Assembly: GCF_003334405.1 (NCBI RefSeq)
Contig: NZ_QOWM01000013.1
Strand: one strand, 5' to 3'
DNA: 64,000 nt
Origin: Escherichia coli
GTDB taxonomy: Bacteria; Pseudomonadota; Gammaproteobacteria; Enterobacterales; Enterobacteriaceae
Of this stretch, positions 22,815 to 34,980 are shown piece after piece. The stretch's first letter is position 1. Each line of letters opens with the position of its first letter. The notes below the pieces were generated by a model. That model was not told where the DNA came from and made no database searches. It saw nothing but the letters and a program-made list of their open reading frames with translations. The position numbers and the translations under genes are program-made.

Positions 22815-24845
22815 TTACTGTTGCCCTGCCCAGACGACCAGCACTTTATCGTCGCCATGCTCACGAACAAAGCCGTAGCCCTGCTTCAGCAAAAGTGTCG
22901 TTTGTTTGCCCGCGCCAATTGCGGGATGGCGGGCGCGGAACTGGCTGATTTTCTGCCAGTGCGCGACGCTGGCGGCAGATTTACCGCTAACATCCTGCCA
23001 GTTCATATCCGAACGTGTACCTTGCAGCGGATCAGAACCTGTAGGACCGAACGGACGCGAGGATTCATCACCATAAAAGATTTGTACCGCGCCTGGCGCT
23101 AATAGTAATAACTCTGCTGCTTTGTCGCCCCCTTCACGGAACAGGCGGGTATCATGCGACGAGAGGTAGCTCAACACGTTGAAACCCTGCAATTTCTCCG
23201 CCATTTGCTGCCAGGTCGTATCCATCTGCGCCAGACAGTCGACTGCTTTCGCCGCCTGCTCCTGATAATCGAAATTGATCATCGCATCGAAGCCGTGGCG
23301 ATAGTAGTCACTTTGCATCACGCCGTGGCCCCAGGCTTCACCGGTCATCCAGAAAGGTTTGTCATCTAATGCTTTGTCGGGGTTAGCTTTTTTCCATTCG
23401 CGAAGCGCGGCGCTGGCTTCGGTTTTCAGTTGCTGCCAGGCGGGCAACTCAACATGTTTGGCGGTATCGACCCGAAAACCATCAATCCCATAGTCGCGGA
23501 CCCACTGACTTAACCAGTGGGTTAAGTAATCGCGCGGCGTATAGCCGTCAATGGCTTTGGCGTGGGTATCCATTTTGTTTTTATAGAACACCGGCAGACC
23601 AGAAGCGGTAGTTGATTCGGTTTTGATATCCGGCAAAAAGGCTAGCGACATAGTGAGATCGTCGAATCCAGGATTGTCGTAATCGCCGATATCCGTTCTG
23701 ATCCAGTTTTTTCCCCACCATTTATCCCAGCCTGTTTTGTCGCTGAAATTAATGTAATCGTTAAAGCTATGCCAGGTTTGCCCGGCGGCAGGTTTCCAGT
23801 CGCTCCAGCGTTCACCCAGCGATTTTTTCACTTCGTCACCAGAAAGATATAACGCGCCAAACTGATACTCCTGCATATCCGCCAGCGTGGCATAGCCGGT
23901 GTGGTTCATCACGACATCAAAGAGAATACGAATACCGCGCTGATGTGCGCTATCAACCAGCGTCCGTAGATCGGCTTCGTTGCCCATATTGGCATCAAGA
24001 TTCGTCCAGTCCTGTGTGTAATAACCGTGGTAGGCATAATGCGGGAAATCGCCTTTTGTACCGCCGCCGACCCAGCCGTGAATTTGCTCAAATGGGGCGC
24101 TTATCCATAAAGCATTAACGCCCAACTGCTGGAGGTAATCCAGTTTGTTGGTCAGGCCGCGTAAATCGCCGCCGTGAAAAGTGCCAATTTCCGCCATACC
24201 GTCTTTATGACGTCCGTAACTCTGGTCATTACTGGGATCGCCGTTTTCGAAACGATCTGTCAGCACAAAGTAAACCGTGGCGTTATGCCAGTCGAAAGGG
24301 GCGGATGTGTCAGTTTCTGCCCGTTCCAGCAGGAGTAAACCGTTGCTGGTGGCAGCGGGTTGTAACATTATTTGACCGTTCTTCACTATCGCAATTTGCT
24401 GGCTGTAATAATCCCGTACGGCGGCTCCTTCCGGGAAAGTGGCGCTGACATCCACTGTGAGCGGTAATCCATCCCATTTCGGGCATTCACGGACCAGGCT
24501 TGCTACCGGTTCGGCGGCGTTCTGGATGGAAATCATCAATGTTGGCGTACCGGAGCGGGTGTCTATTTGCAGCGTATATTCGCCGTCCCTGAACAATCGC
24601 CATTGAGGCGGCGTGTTGCTACAAGGTTGCAGGGAAAGCATCTGATTGAGTTTTATCGCATCCGCAGGCTGCCAGCACTGTTGGTCAAAATTTAGCGTTA
24701 GTGGACGCGTACCTTTGGGCAACTGCGCGTGGCTGACAAATGTTCCTGTCCCCTGTTCGCTAAAGGCGGGAAACCCCGGAGAAGTCCAGCTGGCGGCAAC
24801 GGCGAAGCCAGGAAGGAGTGTCAGAAAACAGGCGGCGAGTTTCAT
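22815..24845 (-). CDS. malS: Periplasmic alpha-amylase
   Basis: 676-aa ORF with signal peptide; GH13 motifs. Confidence 0.95.
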   Translation of the reverse strand: MKLAACFLTLLPGFAVAASWTSPGFPAFSEQGTGTFVSHAQLPKGTRPLTLNFDQQCWQPADAIKLNQMLSLQPCSNTPPQWRLFRDGEYTLQIDTRSGTPTLMISIQNAAEPVASLVRECPKWDGLPLTVDVSATFPEGAAVRDYYSQQIAIVKNGQIMLQPAATSNGLLLLERAETDTSAPFDWHNATVYFVLTDRFENGDPSNDQSYGRHKDGMAEIGTFHGGDLRGLTNKLDYLQQLGVNALWISAPFEQIHGWVGGGTKGDFPHYAYHGYYTQDWTNLDANMGNEADLRTLVDSAHQRGIRILFDVVMNHTGYATLADMQEYQFGALYLSGDEVKKSLGERWSDWKPAAGQTWHSFNDYINFSDKTGWDKWWGKNWIRTDIGDYDNPGFDDLTMSLAFLPDIKTESTTASGLPVFYKNKMDTHAKAIDGYTPRDYLTHWLSQWVRDYGIDGFRVDTAKHVELPAWQQLKTEASAALREWKKANPDKALDDKPFWMTGEAWGHGVMQSDYYRHGFDAMINFDYQEQAAKAVDCLAQMDTTWQQMAEKLQGFNVLSYLSSHDTRLFREGGDKAAELLLLAPGAVQIFYGDESSRPFGPTGSDPLQGTRSDMNWQDVSGKSAASVAHWQKISQFRARHPAIGAGKQTTLLLKQGYGFVREHGDDKVLVVWAGQQ

Positions 24846-25164
24846 GGCGGATGAGTCCTTATTGCTGCGATTTCAGACAGTTTGCCAGCGATAAGCCAAA
24901 CAAAACTCATCCCTGAGCGGTAAGTCCACAGGATGAGAAGCAAGGGTGAGCGATCTCGCGCAAAAAACGGCTGAATTTTGCGATAACCCCCACATTTTCT
25001 GCGATTTAGCGCCAATCTGAATCGTTAACACGTGACATAGTTTCAGATTTGGACTATTCCTTGGGGTGCTCTTGACAGCTATTTTTGATATGATTTGAGA
25101 TTCAACTCTCAAATTTGTGAAAAATATAAGGTGTTGGAATGATTAAATCCGACCAGGAGACCTG

Positions 25165-25989
25165 ATGATTTTGACTCCCATACGACGATATGGGGCGATG
25201 ATTCTTATGTTACTCACTCTGGTGTTTTCGAGTGAGGTGTTAGCGAAGACGCACACAACAACAGCGAGTCAAAAGTCCCACTTAACTAAAGCTAGTAATA
25301 AACAGGTAAGCAGTAAACAAGAGTATTCTCGCAATAGTGCAAAGAGTAGTTCACTTCCTGATTTGCGAAAATACCCTTCCGGAACACCAAGGAAAAAGGC
25401 GTTTCTCCGGACCGTAATGCCTTACATTACCAGCCAAAATGCGGCCATTACTGCGGAACGTAACTGGCTCATTTCAAAACAGTATCAGGGCCAATGGTCA
25501 CCTGCTGAGCGTGCGCGTCTGAAAGACATCGCCAAACGCTACAAGGTGAAGTGGTCCGGTAATACGCGAAAAATCCCGTGGAATACCTTGCTTGAACGCG
25601 TAGACATTATCCCCACCAGTATGGTGGCGACGATGGCTGCAGCAGAAAGCGGTTGGGGAACGTCGAAGCTGGCGCGCAACAACAACAACCTGTTCGGCAT
25701 GAAATGCATGAAAGGACGTTGTACCAATGCGCCAGGTAAAGTGAAAGGGTACTCACAGTTTAGTTCTGTCAAAGAATCGGTGAGCGCCTATGTCACTAAC
25801 CTGAATACGCACCCGGCTTACTCTTCGTTCCGTAAATCGCGTGCGCAGCTGCGTAAAGCGGATCAGGAAGTGACTGCCACAGCGATGATTCACAAGCTGA
25901 AGGGCTACTCGACCAAAGGGAAGAGTTATAACAACTACCTGTTCGCAATGTACCAGGATAACCAACGGTTAATCGCGGCGCATATGTAA
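25165..25989 (+). CDS. bax: Bax protein (putative glucosaminidase)
   Basis: 274-aa ORF recognised as Bax. Confidence 0.85.
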   Translation: MILTPIRRYGAMILMLLTLVFSSEVLAKTHTTTASQKSHLTKASNKQVSSKQEYSRNSAKSSSLPDLRKYPSGTPRKKAFLRTVMPYITSQNAAITAERNWLISKQYQGQWSPAERARLKDIAKRYKVKWSGNTRKIPWNTLLERVDIIPTSMVATMAAAESGWGTSKLARNNNNLFGMKCMKGRCTNAPGKVKGYSQFSSVKESVSAYVTNLNTHPAYSSFRKSRAQLRKADQEVTATAMIHKLKGYSTKGKSYNNYLFAMYQDNQRLIAAHM

Positions 25990-26002
25990 TTGCATTTCCT
26001 TG

Positions 26003-26040
26003 AGCCTTATCCGACTTGTCAGTCGGATAAGGCTTTTTAC
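26003..26040 (+). terminator. Rho-independent terminator of bax
   Basis: Perfect hairpin agccttatccgact / agtcggataaggct followed by TTTTT. Confidence 0.65.
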
Positions 26041-26093
26041 TTTGTCTCAGGCAGTTGAGCTACGAGCCTGAAGCGTTGTTGGTGCGTTTTATC

Positions 26094-26140
<47 letters not shown>

Positions 26141-26184
26141 CCACGCAGCGTTACCTGATGTGACGCCGACAATTCTCATCATCG

Positions 26185-27363
26185 CTACAACATGACCTCG
26201 CTATTTACATCGCGATACTCTTTTGGCGTCGTGTCATATGCTTTTTTAAAAACAGAGTAGAAATATTGCAGCGATGGATAACCGCACATTTGCGATATCT
26301 CATTGATCGACAAGGTGGTTGAAATCAGCAGACTGCGCGCTTTCTCCAGCTTCTCGGCATGAATCATGGCATGGATGGTTTCACCCACCTCTTCTTTAAA
26401 ACGCTTCTCAAGATTGGAGCGCGAGATCCCGACCGCATCCAGTACCTGATCCACTTTAATCCCTTTACAGGCGTGATTACGAATGTAATGCATGGCCTGA
26501 ATAACGGCGGGATCGGTCAGCGAGCGATAATCTGTTGAGCGCCGTTCAATGACGCGAACTGGTGGGACCAAAATTCGCTGTAGCGGCATTTCTTCTTTAT
26601 CTAATAATCGATGCAACAGTTTTGCCGCCTGATAGCCCATTTGCCGCGCGCCCTGAGCGACCGAAGAAAGGGCGACACGCGACAGATAGCGGGTCAGTTC
26701 TTCGTTATCGATGCCAATCACGCATAATTTTTCCGGTACGGGAATATGTAGATGTTCACATACTTGCAGAATATGCCGCGCTCGGGCGTCAGTAACGGCA
26801 ATAATCCCGGTTTGCGGTGGTAGCGTTTGTAGCCAGTCTGCCAGCCGATTTTGCGCGTGTTGCCAGTTCTCTGGCGCGGTTTCTAACCCCTGATAAACCA
26901 CTCCGCGATACTTTTCTTCGGCGACAAGCTGACGAAATGCATATTCGCGCTCAGTGGCCCAACGTTTGCCGCTTGATTCCGGAAGACCATAAAAAGCAAA
27001 GCGGTTAACGCCTTTCTCTTTTAAATGCAAAAATGCGCTTTCAACCAGCGCATAGTTATCGGTGGCAATGTAATGAACGGGTGGGTAACTTTCTGCAAGG
27101 TGATACGAGCCGCCAACCCCAACAATGGGGACGTCGACATCAGCCAGCGCTTGCTCGATCTGTTTGTCGTCGAAGTCGGCAATGACGCCATCTCCTAACC
27201 AGTCCTTGATTTTATCAATGCGGGCGCGGAAATCTTCTTCAATGAAAATATCCCATTCCGATTGTGACGCCTGTAAATATTCCCCTACGCCTTCTACTAC
27301 CTGCCGGTCATAGGCTTTATTGGCATTGAACAGTAATGTGATGCGGTGACGTTTAGTAAACAT
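26185..27363 (-). CDS. xylR: Xylose operon transcriptional activator (AraC family)
   Basis: 392-aa ORF recognised as XylR. Confidence 0.95.
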   Translation of the reverse strand: MFTKRHRITLLFNANKAYDRQVVEGVGEYLQASQSEWDIFIEEDFRARIDKIKDWLGDGVIADFDDKQIEQALADVDVPIVGVGGSYHLAESYPPVHYIATDNYALVESAFLHLKEKGVNRFAFYGLPESSGKRWATEREYAFRQLVAEEKYRGVVYQGLETAPENWQHAQNRLADWLQTLPPQTGIIAVTDARARHILQVCEHLHIPVPEKLCVIGIDNEELTRYLSRVALSSVAQGARQMGYQAAKLLHRLLDKEEMPLQRILVPPVRVIERRSTDYRSLTDPAVIQAMHYIRNHACKGIKVDQVLDAVGISRSNLEKRFKEEVGETIHAMIHAEKLEKARSLLISTTLSINEISQMCGYPSLQYFYSVFKKAYDTTPKEYRDVNSEVML

Positions 27364-27440
27364 GGTTCTTTTCCTGCTGAATCATGCAAAAACTCAAAAC
27401 CGGTAATACGTAACCGGCTTTGAGAAAATTTTTATCAAAA

Positions 27441-28622
27441 TCAAGAACGGCGTTTGGTTGCGGAGTCCATCCATACTGCCAGCAACAGAATCGCACCTTT
27501 AACGATATACTGCCAGAAGGTCGGTACATCCATCATACTCATGCCGTTATCCAGTGAAGCCATGATAAATGCCCCCATTACTGCTCCGGCAACGCTTCCC
27601 ACACCGCCAGCCAGGCTGGTGCCGCCAATCACGCATGCTGCAATTGCGTCCAGTTCGGCGATATTTCCCGCAGAAGGTGAACCAGCGCCAAGTCGAGAAC
27701 TAAGGATTAATCCGGCGATGGCTACCATTAATCCGTTAATCGCGAACACGGCAAGTTTGGTGCGTTCAACGTTAATCCCGGAGAGACGTGCTGCTTCCAG
27801 ATTGCCGCCGATGGCATAAATGCGTCGTCCAAATGCCGTCCGCGTTGCCATAAACATTCCGCCGAGTAACAGCAACGTCAGCAGCAGAACAGGAGTGGGA
27901 ACGCCACGGTAATCATTCAACAGCCAGATTGCGCCTAATACGATGATAGCGGTTAAAGCCTGGCGACCGACTACTGCGGTAGAGGCCGGAGACTGTAAAC
28001 CCAAAGCCTGACGGCGCATTCTTCCGCGCCATTGCCAACCAACAAAAGCCATTAAGCCAAGCGCGCCAATGATGAAGCCGGTACTGGCGGGGAGATAGCT
28101 TTGCCCAATTTGTGACATCGCGGCGCTGGTGGGGGATACAGTCGTGCCGTTGGTGATGCCAATGAGTATGCCGCGAAATGCCAACATGCCCGCGAGGGTG
28201 ACAATAAATGAAGGGACTTTACGGTACGCGACCCACCATCCGTTCCAGGCACCGAGAAGCAGTCCCAGAACCAGCGTCACAATGATGGTAAGTGGCAAAG
28301 GCCAGCCTAACCAGACGTCACAAATCGCCGCGACGCCACCTAACAGCCCCATCATTGAGCCGACGGAAAGGTCGATTTCAGCAGAAATTATGACGAACAC
28401 CATTCCTACCGCGAGGATGCCGGTAATCGCGGTCTGGCGTAACAGGTTGGAGACGTTACGGGCGCTTAAGTAGGCACCATCGGTGGTCCAGGTAAAGAAC
28501 AGCATGATTGCGATGATAGCTGCAATCATCACGAAGACCTGCAAATTCAGTGATTTCAGCCCGGAGAAGCCACCGGATGTCGGTACGGCCAATTTCACTT
28601 CAGACGGATTGCTTTTCGACAT
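27441..28622 (-). CDS. xylH: Xylose ABC transporter permease
   Basis: 393-aa polytopic membrane ORF. Confidence 0.95.
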
Positions 28623-30141
28623 GATGTTCGCTCCTCAATGCGGCTTCCATCACCTGCTCCTGAGTCAGGTTATGATTTATCAGGTTGGCTTTTAGTTTCC
28701 CTTCATGCATCACCAGTACACGATCGCTAAGGCCGAGCACTTCAGGTAATTCGGAAGAGATGACAATAACGGCAATACCCTGCTGGACGAGTTGGTTAAT
28801 TAATTTGTAGATCTCGTATTTCGCGCCAATATCGATACCCCTGGTGGGTTCATCAAGAATGAGAATGCGCGGGTTAAGTAACAGACAGCGAGCGAGGATC
28901 GCTTTTTGCTGATTGCCGCCGCTCAAACGTCCAATAGCAAGGTCGGGGGACGACGTTTTAACTTTGAGTTGCTGGATTGATTCCAGAATACATTTTTGCT
29001 CTGCCGCGTCATCAAGCTGGCTAATGCCACCGGTAAATTTATTGAGTGCGGCGAGGGTAATATTTTTACCAACCGCCATTACCGGAACGATGCCGTCGCG
29101 CTTTCTGTCTTCGGGGACCATCGCAATCCCCTGGGCGATGGCTTGCTGACAGTTACGAATATCTACCTGTTTGCCATCAATATAAATTTTTCCTTCCCAT
29201 TGTCCGGGCCACACACCAAACAGGCACTGAATGGTCTCGGTACGTCCGGCACCAACGAGTCCGGCAATACCCAATATTTCGCCACGTTTCAGGGAAAACG
29301 AGACATCATTAACTCGTTTAATATGACGATTAACCGGATGCCATGCCGTCAGATGTTCAATACGTAATATTTCATCTCCGGTGGTATGTGGTTCATTAGG
29401 GTAAAGCGCGGTTAACTCTCGCCCGACCATCATGGTGATAATATCGTCTTCACTCATTCCGGCAGCATCACGCGTACCAATGTGCTGTCCGTCGCGAATA
29501 ACGCAAATCGTATCGGAAATCGCTTTGACTTCTTTGAGTTTGTGCGAAATATAAATACAGGCGATACCGTGCTGTTGTAGATCGCGAATAATATCCAGTA
29601 AAACCGACGTTTCCTGCTCAGTTAATGAGGCTGTCGGTTCATCGAGAATTAACAAGCGCACCTGTTTATTAAGTGCCTTGGCAATTTCAACCAGTTGTTG
29701 TTGCCCAAGCCCTAAATCGCCAACGCGGGTATCAGGTGAAATGGATAAACTGACCTGTGCGAGCAGCTTCTGACAGCGTAGCGTCATCAGGTCATAATCC
29801 ATAATGCCATTGTGGGTTATTTCGTTACCCAGGAAGATATTTTCCAGCACGGTCAATTCTTTCACCAGGGCCAATTCCTGATGAATGATGGCGATACCTT
29901 TGCGTTCGGTATCGCGGATGTGACTCGCCTGAATCTCTTCTCCCGCAAAAATAATTTCGCCTTCGTAGGAGCCATGGGGATAAATACCACACAGCACTTT
30001 CATCAGCGTTGATTTACCAGACCCATTTTCCCCACAAAGTGAGACGATTTCGCCAGCATTCAACCGCAAGCAGACGTTATCAATCGCCTTCACACTGCCG
30101 AAGGTTTTGGTAATGTTCTTCATTTCAAGTAGATAAGGCAT
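28600..30141 (-). CDS. xylG: Xylose ABC transporter ATP-binding protein
   Basis: 513-aa ORF with two ABC ATPase domains ([17 protein letters not shown]). Confidence 0.95.
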
Positions 30142-30218
30142 AACGACTCCACCTAAGCCAATTCATTCACGCGGCATGGAGAGAAATCACGCCCCCGCTC
30201 CGCGCTGGGGCGTAACGC

Positions 30219-31211
30219 TTACAGCTCGCTCTCTTTGTGGAATCCGTCTTTAATTACCGTATCTTTGATGTTGTTTTTATTCACATCGATCGGTGTCAGG
30301 AGGCGGGAGGGGACATCTTTCAGGCCATTATTCAGTGTGGTATCTGCTTTTGGTTCCTGACCATTGCCCAACTCAACGGCAATTTCTGCGGCAGTATTTG
30401 CCAACAACGTAATAGGTTTATACACCGTCATAGTTTGCGTACCGGCAGCAATACGTTTAATACCTGCGAGATCCGCATCCTGGCCGGAGATTGCTACTTT
30501 CCCTGATAAACCTTGCGCGCTTAATGCCTGAATTGCCCCACCTGCGGTGGCATCGTTTGAGGCAACTACAGCATCAATTTTGTTATTATTGGCGGTTAGC
30601 GCGTTTTCCATAATTTTCAATGCGTTTTCCGGTAACCAGCCATCAACCCATTGGTCACCAACGACTTTAATTTTTCCGGAATCAACGTAAGGTTTTAACA
30701 CTTTCATTTGTCCGGCGCGGAACAGCTTGGCGTTGTTATCTACCGGCGAGCCGCCCATCAGGAAGTAATTACCTTGCGGAACAATATCGACCAGGGCTTT
30801 TGCCTGCAGTTCACCGACTTTTTCGTTATCGAAAGAAATATAAAAATCGATATCCGCATCGTTAATCATACGGTCGTAAGCTAATACTTTAATGCCTTCT
30901 TGTTTGGCTTCTTTTACAACGTTACTTAATACCTGACCGTTATACGGAATAATGACAAGAACATCGACACCCCGGTTTATCATGTTTTCAATCTGCGACA
31001 TTTGTGTTTCTTCATTGCCATTTGCAGACTGTACAAATACTTTCGCGCCGAGAGATTCTGCCTTTTTCACAAAGATATCTCGATCTTTTTGCCAGCGTTC
31101 AAGACGGAGATCATCAATCGCCATACCTATTTTGACTTCTTTGGCGTGTGCAGCAACGTTGGTAAGCAGGAGTGAGGTGCAAAGGGTGAGTAGAATGTTC
31201 TTTATTTTCAT
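30219..31211 (-). CDS. xylF: Periplasmic D-xylose-binding protein
   Basis: Start placed at ATG 31211 (MKIKNILLTLCTSLLLTNVAAHA...), giving 330 aa. Confidence 0.95.
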   Translation of the reverse strand: MKIKNILLTLCTSLLLTNVAAHAKEVKIGMAIDDLRLERWQKDRDIFVKKAESLGAKVFVQSANGNEETQMSQIENMINRGVDVLVIIPYNGQVLSNVVKEAKQEGIKVLAYDRMINDADIDFYISFDNEKVGELQAKALVDIVPQGNYFLMGGSPVDNNAKLFRAGQMKVLKPYVDSGKIKVVGDQWVDGWLPENALKIMENALTANNNKIDAVVASNDATAGGAIQALSAQGLSGKVAISGQDADLAGIKRIAAGTQTMTVYKPITLLANTAAEIAVELGNGQEPKADTTLNNGLKDVPSRLLTPIDVNKNNIKDTVIKDGFHKESEL

Positions 31212-31576
31212 GGTGTAGGGCCTTCTGTAGTTAGAGGACAGTTTTAATAAGTAACAATCACCGCGATAAACGTAACCAATTTTTAGCAACTAAACAGGGG
31301 AAAACAATTACAGATTTTTATCTTTCGATTACGATTTTTGGTTTATTTCTTGATTTATGACCGAGATCTTACTTTTGTTGCGCAATTGTACTTATTGCAT
31401 TTTTCTCTTCGAGGAATTACCCAGTTTCATCATTCCATTTTATTTTGCGAGCGAGCGCACACTTGTGAATTATCTCAATAGCAGTGTGAAATAACATAAT
31501 TGAGCAACTGAAAGGGAGTGCCCAATATTACGACATCATCCATCACCCGCGGCATTACCTGATTATGGAGTTCAAT
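31212..31576. promoter_or_regulatory. Divergent xylF / xylA promoter region (XylR and CRP controlled)
   Basis: 365-bp AT-rich intergenic region between divergent xylFGHR and xylAB; position matches the known XylR/CRP control region, but individual sites were not mapped. Confidence 0.6.
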
Positions 31577-32899
31577 ATGCAAGCCTATTTTGACCAGCTC
31601 GATCGCGTTCGTTATGAAGGCTCAAAATCCTCAAACCCGTTAGCATTCCGTCACTACAATCCCGACGAACTGGTGTTGGGTAAGCGTATGGAAGAGCACT
31701 TGCGTTTTGCCGCCTGCTACTGGCACACCTTCTGCTGGAACGGGGCGGATATGTTTGGTGTGGGGGCGTTTAATCGTCCGTGGCAGCAGCCTGGTGAGGC
31801 ACTGGCGTTGGCGAAGCGTAAAGCAGATGTCGCATTTGAGTTTTTCCACAAGTTACATGTGCCATTTTATTGCTTCCACGATGTGGATGTTTCCCCTGAG
31901 GGCGCGTCGTTAAAAGAGTACATCAATAATTTTGCGCAAATGGTTGATGTCCTGGCAGGCAAGCAAGAAGAGAGCGGCGTGAAGCTGCTGTGGGGAACCG
32001 CCAACTGCTTTACAAACCCTCGCTACGGCGCGGGTGCGGCGACGAACCCAGATCCTGAAGTCTTCAGCTGGGCGGCAACGCAAGTTGTTACAGCGATGGA
32101 AGCAACCCATAAATTGGGCGGTGAAAACTATGTCCTGTGGGGCGGTCGTGAAGGTTACGAAACGCTGTTAAATACCGACTTGCGTCAGGAGCGTGAACAA
32201 CTGGGCCGCTTTATGCAGATGGTGGTTGAGCATAAACATAAAATCGGTTTCCAGGGCACGTTGCTTATCGAACCGAAACCGCAAGAACCGACCAAACATC
32301 AATATGATTACGATGCCGCGACGGTCTATGGCTTCCTGAAACAGTTTGGTCTGGAAAAAGAGATTAAACTGAACATTGAAGCTAACCACGCGACGCTGGC
32401 AGGTCACTCTTTCCATCATGAAATAGCCACCGCCATTGCGCTTGGCCTGTTCGGTTCTGTCGACGCCAACCGTGGCGATGCGCAACTGGGCTGGGACACC
32501 GACCAGTTCCCGAACAGTGTGGAAGAGAATGCGCTGGTGATGTATGAAATTCTCAAAGCAGGCGGTTTCACCACCGGTGGTCTGAACTTCGATGCCAAAG
32601 TACGTCGTCAAAGTACTGATAAATATGATCTGTTTTACGGTCATATCGGCGCGATGGATACGATGGCACTGGCGCTGAAAATTGCAGCGCGCATGATTGA
32701 AGATGGCGAGCTGGATAAACGCATCGCGCAGCGTTATTCCGGCTGGAATAGCGAATTGGGCCAGCAAATCCTGAAAGGCCAAATGTCACTGGCAGATTTA
32801 GCCAAATATGCTCAGGAACATCATTTGTCTCCGGTGCATCAGAGTGGTCGCCAGGAACAACTGGAAAATCTGGTAAACCATTATCTGTTCGACAAATAA
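31577..32899 (+). CDS. xylA: Xylose isomerase
   Basis: Start placed at ATG 31577 ([31 protein letters not shown]...), giving 440 aa. Confidence 0.97.
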
Positions 32900-32970
32900 C
32901 GGCTAACTGTGCAGTCCGTTGGCCCGGTTATCGGTAGCGATACCGGGCATTTTTTTAAGGAACGATCGAT

Positions 32971-34425
32971 ATGTATATCGGGATAGATCTTGGCACCTCG
33001 GGCGTAAAAGTTATTTTGCTCAACGAGCAGGGTGAGGTGGTTGCTGCGCAAACGGAAAAGCTGACCGTTTCGCGCCCGCATCCACTCTGGTCGGAACAAG
33101 ACCCGGAACAGTGGTGGCAGGCAACTGATCGCGCAATGAAAGCTCTGGGCGATCAGCATTCTCTGCAGGACGTTAAAGCATTGGGTATTGCCGGCCAGAT
33201 GCACGGAGCAACCTTGCTGGATGCTCAGCAACGGGTGTTACGCCCTGCCATTTTGTGGAACGACGGGCGCTGTGCGCAAGAGTGCACTTTGCTGGAAGCG
33301 CGAGTTCCGCAATCGCGGGTGATTACCGGCAACCTGATGATGCCCGGATTTACTGCGCCTAAATTGCTATGGGTTCAGCGGCATGAGCCGGAGATATTCC
33401 GTCAAATCGACAAAGTATTATTACCGAAAGATTACTTGCGTCTGCGTATGACGGGGGAGTTTGCCAGCGATATGTCTGACGCAGCTGGCACCATGTGGCT
33501 GGATGTCGCAAAGCGTGACTGGAGTGACGTCATGCTGCAGGCTTGCGACTTATCTCGTGACCAGATGCCCGCATTATACGAAGGCAGCGAAATTACTGGT
33601 GCTTTGTTACCTGAAGTTGCGAAAGCGTGGGGTATGGCGACGGTGCCAGTTGTCGCAGGCGGTGGCGACAATGCAGCTGGTGCAGTTGGTGTGGGAATGG
33701 TTGATGCTAATCAGGCAATGTTATCGCTGGGGACGTCGGGGGTCTATTTTGCTGTCAGCGAAGGGTTCTTAAGCAAGCCAGAAAGCGCCGTACATAGCTT
33801 TTGCCATGCGCTACCGCAACGTTGGCATTTAATGTCTGTGATGCTGAGTGCAGCGTCGTGTCTGGATTGGGCCGCGAAATTAACCGGCCTGAGCAATGTC
33901 CCAGCTTTAATCGCTGCAGCTCAACAGGCTGATGAAAGTGCCGAGCCAGTTTGGTTTCTGCCTTATCTTTCCGGCGAGCGTACGCCACACAATAATCCCC
34001 AGGCGAAGGGGGTTTTCTTTGGTTTGACTCATCAACATGGCCCCAATGAACTGGCGCGAGCAGTGCTGGAAGGCGTGGGTTATGCGCTGGCAGATGGCAT
34101 GGATGTCGTGCATGCCTGCGGTATTAAACCGCAAAGTGTTACGTTGATTGGGGGCGGGGCGCGTAGTGAGTACTGGCGTCAGATGCTGGCGGATATCAGC
34201 GGTCAGCAGCTCGATTACCGTACGGGGGGGGATGTGGGGCCAGCACTGGGCGCAGCAAGGCTGGCGCAGATCGCGGCGAATCCAGAGAAATCGCTCATTG
34301 AATTGTTGCCGCAACTACCGTTAGAACAGTCGCATCTACCAGATGCGCAGCGTTATGCCGCTTATCAGCCACGACGAGAAACGTTCCGTCGCCTCTATCA
34401 GCAACTTCTGCCATTAATGGCGTAA
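32971..34425 (+). CDS. xylB: Xylulokinase
   Basis: 484-aa FGGY kinase MYIGIDLGTSGVKVILLNEQGEV... Confidence 0.95.
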   Translation: MYIGIDLGTSGVKVILLNEQGEVVAAQTEKLTVSRPHPLWSEQDPEQWWQATDRAMKALGDQHSLQDVKALGIAGQMHGATLLDAQQRVLRPAILWNDGRCAQECTLLEARVPQSRVITGNLMMPGFTAPKLLWVQRHEPEIFRQIDKVLLPKDYLRLRMTGEFASDMSDAAGTMWLDVAKRDWSDVMLQACDLSRDQMPALYEGSEITGALLPEVAKAWGMATVPVVAGGGDNAAGAVGVGMVDANQAMLSLGTSGVYFAVSEGFLSKPESAVHSFCHALPQRWHLMSVMLSAASCLDWAAKLTGLSNVPALIAAAQQADESAEPVWFLPYLSGERTPHNNPQAKGVFFGLTHQHGPNELARAVLEGVGYALADGMDVVHACGIKPQSVTLIGGGARSEYWRQMLADISGQQLDYRTGGDVGPALGAARLAQIAANPEKSLIELLPQLPLEQSHLPDAQRYAAYQPRRETFRRLYQQLLPLMA

Positions 34426-34593
34426 ACGTTATCCCCTGCCTGACCGGGTGGGGGATAATTCACATCTATATATCTCAGTAATTAATTAATATTTAGTATG
34501 AATTTATTCTGAAAATCATTTGTTAATGGCATTTTTCAGTTTTGTCTTTCGTTGGTTACTCGTAATGTATCGCTGGTAGATATGGAGATCGTT

Positions 34594-34935
34594 ATGAAAA
34601 CCTCAAAGACTGTGGCAAAACTATTATTTGTTGTCGGGGCGCTGGTTTATCTGGTTGGGCTATGGATCTCATGCCCATTGTTAAGTGGAAAAGGCTATTT
34701 TCTTGGCGTGTTAATGACAGCAACTTTTGGCAACTATGCATATCTTCGCGCAGAAAAACTCGGGCAACTGGATGATTTTTTTACCCATATCTGCCAGTTA
34801 GTTGCGTTAATCACTATCGGTCTCTTGTTTATCGGTGTTTTAAACGCACCTATCAATACTTATGAAATGGTGATCTATCCCATCGCCTTTTTTGTCTGCT
34901 TGTTTGGTCAAATGCGTTTGTTTCGCTCGGCATGA
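34594..34935 (+). CDS. yiaB: Inner-membrane protein YiaB (YiaA/B two-helix domain)
   Basis: Start placed at ATG 34594 (MKTSKTVAKLLFVVGALVYLVGLW...), giving 113 aa. Confidence 0.8.
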   Translation: MKTSKTVAKLLFVVGALVYLVGLWISCPLLSGKGYFLGVLMTATFGNYAYLRAEKLGQLDDFFTHICQLVALITIGLLFIGVLNAPINTYEMVIYPIAFFVCLFGQMRLFRSA

Positions 34936-34980
34936 GCAACATAAAGCTCTTACATATTCAGGAATGAAAGGAATACTGTG

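Noticed and set aside
24846-25164. MalT boxes in the malS promoter
   Set aside because: GGATGA-like hexamers are present (for example around 24849 and 24921), but I could not assign orientation and spacing confidently enough to annotate individual sites.
32168-32782. 204-aa minus-strand ORF
   Set aside because: Antisense to xylA; same artefact.
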